From: Ignicoccus hospitalis KIN4/I
GTDB lineage: Archaea; Thermoproteota; Thermoprotei_A; Sulfolobales; Ignicoccaceae
DNA length: 32,000 nt
NCBI RefSeq assembly: GCF_000017945.1
Contig: NC_009776.1
Span: forward strand, 300,001 to 332,000
Direction: 5' to 3'
In this document: positions 26,801-32,000 of the stretch, piece by piece
How positions within the stretch are numbered: the first letter of the stretch is position 1
How the letters are laid out: the number at the start of each line of letters is the position of its first letter
The notes under the pieces: model-generated
Database searches by the model: none
What the model was told of the DNA's origin: nothing
What the model saw: only the letters and a program-made list of their open reading frames with translations
Translations under genes and position numbers: made by a program

Positions 26801-27824
26801 CGCTGTACTGGACCAAGGAGTCCGGCCTCATTGGCGCGGGGGCGGTGAAGTTGAACGTTAGGACTCCGGAGCTCCTCCACAAGGGCTTCTCGGCGGTTAA
26901 GTTAGTGAAGGTGTAGCTCCAAGGCAAGTAGGAGCCGGCGCTCCAGCTCACTTGGTATACTTGCGGCGTGGAAGTTATCCTCATTACCGTTATGTTCCTC
27001 AGGTACACGTAGTCCAAGTAGTACCTCAAGGGGCTGCTCGCCGGGGCGGCCTTCTCCACTATATCTTTGAGGTCTATGACTACGCTGGTGGGCACGTAGT
27101 TCCTAGTCCCGCTGAACTCTGGGTTCAGTATTAGCGCAATTTGGTAGGCGTAGTTGTCGCCTACCACGGTCTTGGGCGGAGGGCATATGTACTGCAGCGG
27201 GTTAACGTTCCCCCCGGCCAGCACCGTTATCGGGCCTATTGAGAACACCGTGGTAGTTTGCTGGATCGTGGTCTGCTGGAGGACGCCGCCCGTGGTCTTT
27301 AAGCAGTCGTCCACCTCTTTCCACCCCACGCCTTCTATCAACATCCTGACCGAGTAGACCTTATCTCCCTCTCCCAAGTTGATAACCAAGGCTGCTGGTA
27401 TCTTGAGCGTACCAAACTCTTTGTATATCGGCTCGTAGTTGTGCTGGCAAGCGCTAGTTACTTTAGTGTTGCTAGAAATCCACTTGTCCTTAGTGTAAAT
27501 CTTCGAGACGTTCGACGTCCCCGAGCTCATGTAGACTTGAATGGCCTTCACGTATTGGCAGAAGGCCGGTATGTCGTTGGTCTTTATCACTAGGACTGGG
27601 CCCTCGGCCCAGGGGTCCTTCTTAATGAACACGTAACACGCGGACAAGCTCTGAGCCACGCTCGTGGCCAGCTGCTGCCTCTGGACCGCTTGAACGGTCT
27701 TCTCGCTTATCGCTACTTGTTTGCTGAGCACGTTTACCATTAGAACTACAGCCGCCAGCAGTATGCTAACTATCACTATGAGCGCTATTAGCCCCGCTAC
27801 CCCGCCCTTCTTTACTTCCGTCAC
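23799..27824 (-). CDS. Giant secreted/surface protein (1341 aa) with pilin-like N-terminus and DUF2341/LamG-like segment
   Basis: MTEVKKGGVAGLIALIVIVSILLAAVVLMVNVLSKQ (basic-GG plus hydrophobic helix), numerous NxS/T sequons, VWVKVPYLPAGGKVTLTVLVGENGASDPREVFPVYVDF followed by a concanavalin/LamG-like segment (SFSVVAVVRWDGAF...KKYMIVATFNNATDKWEVYV). Confidence 0.88.
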   Translation of the reverse strand: MTEVKKGGVAGLIALIVIVSILLAAVVLMVNVLSKQVAISEKTVQAVQRQQLATSVAQSLSACYVFIKKDPWAEGPVLVIKTNDIPAFCQYVKAIQVYMSSGTSNVSKIYTKDKWISSNTKVTSACQHNYEPIYKEFGTLKIPAALVINLGEGDKVYSVRMLIEGVGWKEVDDCLKTTGGVLQQTTIQQTTTVFSIGPITVLAGGNVNPLQYICPPPKTVVGDNYAYQIALILNPEFSGTRNYVPTSVVIDLKDIVEKAAPASSPLRYYLDYVYLRNITVMRITSTPQVYQVSWSAGSYLPWSYTFTNLTAEKPLWRSSGVLTFNFTAPAPMRPDSLVQYSAVVCLYLGIAGQYPKGSDGTPFDGKILEHEVKFPGLAYPCASFSGYDVCYAPAANLTTTYAVNVTTASGLKFLGLQYPVDSTVRSYKITIENPNSEALFDQVIRVKLPAQLNATPITIIDELGAPVKFCYETVVGNCTSVPVQRNGPARSDGYVWVKVPYLPAGGKVTLTVLVGENGASDPREVFPVYVDFYGARVELDSYSWTWNFPGYAFTMTGVVFDDPQNKLNFVANRNSFSVVAVVRWDGAFNFADEDQLNYYIDPTWRDDSFFIRAPYVGYWLFPIAYQTDPTTGTGWMLAIYRGAPALFQITNYGYRIIPKAVAPTTLVPGKKYMIVATFNNATDKWEVYVKSLETLEGSLPPSPVLGDVLSEINQVSSGGGLASLMYELFNGNTPAFVISDASRYYDYNIDEETMAAFSGVIYNVTVYGDSFDSLQTAFQCFEAYDAAQCPPVYAYTLEPDAHGLYAYVAGAGKEKAKVYMLYWYPYRLGRPRISFPQLYDYSNSDGCLPLVGQINATIVKGLQVVKSTIYGAPLNGEPGVVTCTPLWKAAETVRAGIINAQRNGIVLNSTWLSQRVVWNFWLWPEVPRGSFYEVRVGMNGGSYGDYFGGWNIIYPYVPGAVSDGKSWLKWMLYEDVDDWHRFVTSRNGFWSNAWRSYLVEYASEPAYKLSSPDKVYYNVVKYDLSTPAVYFNIHENGPLGELFYYGTLDLSAYKLKVEYSQLLPDQVKYIGFSYADRNNATTVSKLGTDDRVYYYMFVRTLPKIPLDDYVTVEVPDVYSPKVDAPIVYVKSKGYAVINVTGPYNATLQVDVLGNLTSLQLNEYGSYATTKNPFYNYTDFMTNVTVAAFWNGELAWHNSTSGLPTVFAAKLNLPVSSADKWNAVAFNKTAELLSTNVTNYYNNLTLAVSLTDDYLITFNNMTTKVDDVKSFVIGLSNDDYGAVPPLIVIMRSYANNTSKNVDAILTWSSLTKPSELNGTSIIMINKANWHVLVNGPYCVKCS

Positions 27825-27948
27825 TGTAAAGCCACCGTAGGACCGCTGTGCCGACGAGAGTTTTAATGGAGGAATTGCCGTTTTCGTACGGAAACACTTG
27901 CTGGCACTCCTAAAGCTCGGTTAAAGGCGGCGGAGGGGGAGCTCGCGC

Positions 27949-28521
27949 TTGAAGAGGGCTCAGAGCGAGCTGCTGGCGGCGATGCTGCTAGCAGCCATAG
28001 TGCTGGGGGCCCTCACTTGGTTGGTGGCCCAGTGGGAGAAAGGGGTCGGGAACTTGATCAAGAGGGTAAACGAAGTGACCGTCCGTTCCGCCAAGCTCTC
28101 TATAAGGATAGACTGCAGCGGGAACTACCTCGTCTTCCTAGACCCTACGGTCCCTTCCGTCATTGACGCCGAGTCCACAGAGTATAACAACTTACGCTAC
28201 TGTTACGCGGAACTGGGAGCTAGCTCCTACAAGGCCTACTTCGTCCTGCCCTTCTATTGCAACGGGGAGCCCAGCGCCTACTTCATCTTCGGCACTTTCT
28301 CGAGGAATCCAGTAGACAACGTGACTTTGTACACCTTTAAGCCCTCATCGTCCAGCGCCGTAGTGCCTCAAGTGGCCTGCGACAAGATAAACTTCATGCC
28401 TTTCGCGACTTTACACATAGTCTTTCCCGACTCAAGCGAGAAGGTGGTTTCTTGCTTCACTAACATAACTTTGGTCAACGGCGAGTACTTGTGGGGTGTG
28501 TCCTCATGCGTAGGGGCCTAG
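27949..28521 (+). CDS. Secreted pilin-like protein (190 aa)
   Basis: MKRAQSELLAAMLLAAIVLGALTWLVAQWEK resembles archaeal type IV pilin/archaellin N-termini; several Cys and NxT sites. Confidence 0.75.
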   Translation: MKRAQSELLAAMLLAAIVLGALTWLVAQWEKGVGNLIKRVNEVTVRSAKLSIRIDCSGNYLVFLDPTVPSVIDAESTEYNNLRYCYAELGASSYKAYFVLPFYCNGEPSAYFIFGTFSRNPVDNVTLYTFKPSSSSAVVPQVACDKINFMPFATLHIVFPDSSEKVVSCFTNITLVNGEYLWGVSSCVGA

Positions 28522-29006
28522 GCGCTCTGGAAGTGGCGATACTGAGTGCGGTGACCGTGGTCGCGGCGGCGCTGTTGGGCTCCGCGCTCTTGCGCCCGCC
28601 GGCGGAGCCGCAAACGCCAGCGCTCGTAGAGGTGGAAGCGGCAGTGGCCCTAGGGCCTCAGAAGGACTCGGCGGGTCAGACGGTGAGCGCGTCTCAGCAG
28701 TGCTCGGAGCTGGCGTCCGCGCTCTACGCCGAGGGCCTCCTATCGTCAAAGAAGATCATCGAAATTGGAAACTCCGGCGCGACCTACGCTTACGCAGTCC
28801 TAATACGCGTGATGAGCCCCGGGGAGGTGAAGGGGGTGAAGCTCAGCAGCTTGGAGACCGGACAAACCCTATTCGTCGCTCAGAAGAGGGTGGCGCTCTC
28901 CCCCGGGAGGTACTTGTTGTGCGTCTATCGCGACAAGTACTACCCGAGCTCAGTGGTGGAGCTCCTCGGGGCCTCTGAGGTGTGCGTCAGCTGCGCAGTG
29001 CGCTGA
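28506..29006 (+). CDS. Secreted pilin-like protein (166 aa)
   Basis: ATG at 28506: MRRGLGALEVAILSAVTVVAAALLGSALLRPPAEPQ..., ending ...CVSCAVR. Overlaps the upstream gene's 3' end. Confidence 0.7.
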   Translation: MRRGLGALEVAILSAVTVVAAALLGSALLRPPAEPQTPALVEVEAAVALGPQKDSAGQTVSASQQCSELASALYAEGLLSSKKIIEIGNSGATYAYAVLIRVMSPGEVKGVKLSSLETGQTLFVAQKRVALSPGRYLLCVYRDKYYPSSVVELLGASEVCVSCAVR

Positions 29007-29595
29007 GGACTTTTTGTATCTCCTCCTCGCTTATGGGCCCCCTCCTCAAGACCTTTACCTTCTTACCCTCTACCTCGACCACAGTTGACGGCGTGCCCTC
29101 GACGGGGCCCATGTCTATTAACAAGTCGGCCTCCACGGTCACCTCTTCCGCGCTCTTGGGACTCTTGCCCCCGCTCAGGTTGGCAGAAGTGACCGCCAAG
29201 GGGCCCACGAGCTCCAAGAGCTTGAGCGCGAACGGGTGGGCGGGCACCCTCACCCCGACCTTGCCCGTCCCCGCGGTGACGGCCTCGGGGAGCCAAGGCT
29301 TGGCCTTCACCACTATGGTCAGAGGCCCGGGCCAGAAGGCCTTGGCCAGAGCCTCCGCCGCCTCGTCGAACTCGCCGACCTCCCGGTGCCTCCCCAAGGG
29401 CGTCTGCACGGGTAAGGGCTTGTCCCTCGGCCTCCTCTTGGCCTCGTATATCTTCTCCGCGAACTCCAGCTTAGACGCTATGCCGTAGACGGTCTCAGTA
29501 GGGATGATTACGAGCCCCCCGGACTCCAAAACTTCCTTCGCCTCGATTAAGGCCCTCCGAACATCCTCCTCGCTCCTAGGCCTGAGGACCCTCAA
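28987..29595 (-). CDS. Sua5/YrdC/YciO family threonylcarbamoyl-AMP synthase
   Basis: GGLVIIPTETVYGIASKLEFAEKIYEAKRRPRDKPLPVQT...WPGPLTIVVKA...VGVRVPAHPFALKLLELVGPLAVTSANLSGG. Confidence 0.9.
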   Translation of the reverse strand: MRVLRPRSEEDVRRALIEAKEVLESGGLVIIPTETVYGIASKLEFAEKIYEAKRRPRDKPLPVQTPLGRHREVGEFDEAAEALAKAFWPGPLTIVVKAKPWLPEAVTAGTGKVGVRVPAHPFALKLLELVGPLAVTSANLSGGKSPKSAEEVTVEADLLIDMGPVEGTPSTVVEVEGKKVKVLRRGPISEEEIQKVLSALRS

Positions 29596-30527
29596 CTCCC
29601 TCCCTTGTAGTTGAACTCGAACGAAGGGGTTTTTTGTTGCCTCTCCCTCAGAGCCCTCTCAGCCATAATTATTGCCAAGTAATAGAGCACGAACATGGGT
29701 ATGCCTATCGCCAGCATGCTTATCCCGGTCCCTCCGGGGGTTATTACAGCGGCCAAGAACATTATCGCGAGGAACGCGATTCTCAAGTTCCTCCCCTTGA
29801 GCTGTTCCGGCCTCAAGAGCCCCAACAAGACCAAGTAGTAAACCACTATAGGCAGCAAGAAAGAGAGGCCGGTTATTATAGCCGTCATGACGGCGAACTC
29901 TATTATGTCGGAGAGGCACCAGATGCTCTGGGCGCCGGCGGCTTGGCCGAAGAACACCACGAGCTCGAAGCCGAAGGGGACCACGACGGTGAAGGCGAAC
30001 AGCTCGCCGAGCAAGAACAGCCCGAAGGTGGCTAGGACCCCGTTGCGGAGCATCCTCCTCTCGTGCTCGTGGAGCGCGGGCCACAAGTAGCACAAGAACT
30101 GGTATATTATATAGGGGGCAGAAATCACCAGGGCGCCCCAAATTATAACCATGACGTAGGCGTTGAACAAGCTCTCAGCGTGACATATTACGGGCTTAAC
30201 CCCCATGTGCATAATTGCCAACGTTATTATTCTGAGGAGCGCAACCATCGCCGGTACGTAGCCTATCCACTTTATCAGCTCCGCTATGTACTGGGCCCCT
30301 ACGGCGTTGCCCACGTCCTCGGGGCTGCAGTACAAGTGCATGAGGGGACACGTGACCCAGTTTATGGGGAAGAGGGCCACTAAGAGTAAGGCTAAGAAGA
30401 AGGCGACTATGGACCTCCTTATAGTCTTTAACAACTCCTCCAAGTGGTAGGTGATGTCTTCTACCCTCTCCGCCTCTTCAACGTTGCACTCGAAGGGGGA
30501 CTTCAGCTTCTTTATCAATGACTTCAA
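29592..30527 (-). CDS. tatC: Twin-arginine translocase subunit TatC
   Basis: HLEELLKTIRRSIVAFF..., multiple TMs, PFGFELVVFF, FLAAVITPGGTGISMLAIGIPMFVLYYLAI. Confidence 0.9.
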   Translation of the reverse strand: MKSLIKKLKSPFECNVEEAERVEDITYHLEELLKTIRRSIVAFFLALLLVALFPINWVTCPLMHLYCSPEDVGNAVGAQYIAELIKWIGYVPAMVALLRIITLAIMHMGVKPVICHAESLFNAYVMVIIWGALVISAPYIIYQFLCYLWPALHEHERRMLRNGVLATFGLFLLGELFAFTVVVPFGFELVVFFGQAAGAQSIWCLSDIIEFAVMTAIITGLSFLLPIVVYYLVLLGLLRPEQLKGRNLRIAFLAIMFLAAVITPGGTGISMLAIGIPMFVLYYLAIIMAERALRERQQKTPSFEFNYKGGS

Positions 30528-30675
30528 CGCTTCCGTGTCCCAGCCCCTTGGGGGCTAGCTAGATTTAGGCTTGCGGGTCGGTCGAGGCTCTCCGTTCACC
30601 GCCTCACCCCTTACGAGCTACCTCATCCCCGCGGGCGCCTCAAAAGCTCTCGTCCGGCCCCTCGGGGGGCGGGCG

Positions 30676-31179
30676 TTGAAGGTAGTTGTGGGGAGCGCCA
30701 ACCTCGTCAAGGTGAGAGCCGTAAAGGAGGCCTTGGAAGAGCTGGGGATAGAGGCGGAGGTGGAGGCCTTAGAAGTCCCCAGCGGGGTGCCCCCGCTCCC
30801 AGTGGGGGAGGAGGTCTTCCGGGGGGCGGAGAACAGGGCCTCGGCCGCCGCCGAGCGCGGCGACGTAGGAGTGGGCTTGGAGTCTGGACTCTTCCTCTTG
30901 AATGGGAAGTTGTTCATGATATCGGTGGCAGCCGTGAAGGCAGAGGGACTCCACTTCGGCCTGTCCCCAGGCTTCGAGCTGCCGGAGTCGTGGGCCCCTA
31001 AGGTACTGAAGGACACGTCGGAATTCTACAAGATGATGGAGGCGTACGGGGGGAGGGAGTTGGGGAAGGGGAAAGGGTTGGTGGGGGTCCTCACGAAGGG
31101 CGTGGTGACGAGGAAGGACTTCTGTAAGATGGCCGTCATAATGGCGTTTTCAAAGGCGTTTAACGAGGTTTGGCGGTAG
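30676..31179 (+). CDS. DUF84 / inosine-xanthosine triphosphatase family protein
   Basis: From TTG 30676: MKVVVGSANLVKVRAVKEALEELG...RGAENRASAAAERGDVGVGLESGLFLLNGKLFMISVAAV...GLVGVLTKGVVTRKDFCKMAVIMAFSKAF. The listed start at 30571 is probably over-extended. Confidence 0.85.
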   Translation: MKVVVGSANLVKVRAVKEALEELGIEAEVEALEVPSGVPPLPVGEEVFRGAENRASAAAERGDVGVGLESGLFLLNGKLFMISVAAVKAEGLHFGLSPGFELPESWAPKVLKDTSEFYKMMEAYGGRELGKGKGLVGVLTKGVVTRKDFCKMAVIMAFSKAFNEVWR

Positions 31180-31245
31180 TCGAACATAATATCAGACCAG
31201 CGTCTTAACTCCGCCTCCCCTTAGAGGGCGCGGAGCGGTGAAACC

Positions 31246-32000
31246 TTGGTCGGCATAGCGGGCTGGGGGGCCTACGTGCCCCTCTACAGAGTCTCCACAG
31301 AAGAGATAGCGCTTCACTGGGGCTCCGACCCTAAGGTCCCCTTATCCTTGGGCGTGAAGGAGAAGTCCGTCGCGGGGCCTGACGAGGACTCGGTAACCAT
31401 AGCGTGGGAGGCCGCGGTAAACGCCTTGACGAGGGCCCAAGTGGACCCTAAAGACGTAGGGATGGTCTTCATAGGCTCCGAGTCCAAGCCCTACGCGGTC
31501 AAGCCCTCCTCCACGATAATTGCCGACGCCCTAGGGATAGCTCCAGAGACCATGGCAGTGGACGCGGAGTTCGCTTGCAGGGCAGCAAGCGAGGGCTTGC
31601 GCCACGCGCTGGTCTTGGTGAGCGAGGGGGCGGTGAGGCACGCGTTGATAATAGGGACCGACACCGCCCAAGGGGCGCCCGGGGACGTCTTGGAGTACAC
31701 GGCCGCCTCCGGCGGGGCGGCCTTCGTGGTCTCCAACGAAAACGTCGTCGCCAACTTCCTCGACGCCTACACCTTCGTTACCGATACCCCGGACTTCTGG
31801 AGGCGCGACGGGAGCCAGTTCCCCGCCCACGGGGAGGGCTTCACCGGGGAGCCGGCCTACTTCTACCACTTGTACAACGCCATAAAAGAGCTGATGGAGA
31901 GGAACTCGTTAAAGCCCTCGGACGTGGCCTACTTCGTCCCCCACCAGCCCAACGTGAGGTTCCCCATGAAGCTGGCGAAGATGTTGGGCTTCAAGAGGGA
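31246..32000 (+). CDS. Hydroxymethylglutaryl-CoA synthase, N-terminal part (runs off the right edge)
   Basis: From TTG 31246: VGIAGWGAYVPLYRVSTEEIA...GPDEDSVTIAWEAAVNAL...VFIGSESKPYAVKPSSTIIADALG...DAEFACRAASEGLRHAL...IGTDTAQGAPGDVLEYTAASGGAAFVV...YFVPHQPNVRFPMKLAKMLGF. Truncated, so absent from the ORF track. Confidence 0.93.
   Translation, partial: MVGIAGWGAYVPLYRVSTEEIALHWGSDPKVPLSLGVKEKSVAGPDEDSVTIAWEAAVNALTRAQVDPKDVGMVFIGSESKPYAVKPSSTIIADALGIAPETMAVDAEFACRAASEGLRHALVLVSEGAVRHALIIGTDTAQGAPGDVLEYTAASGGAAFVVSNENVVANFLDAYTFVTDTPDFWRRDGSQFPAHGEGFTGEPAYFYHLYNAIKELMERNSLKPSDVAYFVPHQPNVRFPMKLAKMLGFKR

Overview
This 32 kb window looks like gene-dense chromosome from a hyperthermophilic crenarchaeon. 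Protein content, frequent TTG/GTG starts, tight gene packing, archaeal TATA boxes and an intron-bearing tRNA-Pro all fit this, and the overall look suggests Ignicoccus/Desulfurococcales, but that placement is inference. Most ORFs are housekeeping genes: archaeal PEP carboxylase (N-terminus at the left edge), Pus10, an inositol monophosphatase/FBPase family protein, a B3/4-domain protein, an FAD-dependent dehydrogenase, purA, tyrS, tatA, a phosphoribosyltransferase, a purine-nucleoside phosphorylase, a nuclease-like PD-(D/E)XK/NERD protein, sfsA, hypB, a YkgJ-like Cys-cluster protein, tRNA-Pro(GGG), an MTHFS-like protein, proS, FBP aldolase/phosphatase, an RPB9/TFS-like zinc ribbon, a B12-binding radical SAM protein, a Clp1-like kinase, a Sua5/YrdC protein, tatC, a DUF84 NTPase and HMG-CoA synthase (partial at the right edge). 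The accessory material most worth study is: (1) a divergent locus at 23.8-29.0 kb encoding a 1341-aa surface protein with a pilin-like N-terminus plus two small secreted proteins with pilin-like N-termini; (2) a two-gene unit at 18.4-20.6 kb encoding a proline-rich/TM/long coiled-coil protein and an orphan partner; (3) apparently frameshifted ORFs at 7.9-8.6 kb and 12.6-12.9 kb, and possibly 15.1 kb, each resolvable by one-base changes in G/C homopolymers; (4) an intron-containing tRNA-Pro whose T-arm contains the stop codon of the convergent gene; (5) repeated 4-nt TTGA stop/start overlaps that use TTG initiators. No CRISPR array, transposon or rRNA was recognised.
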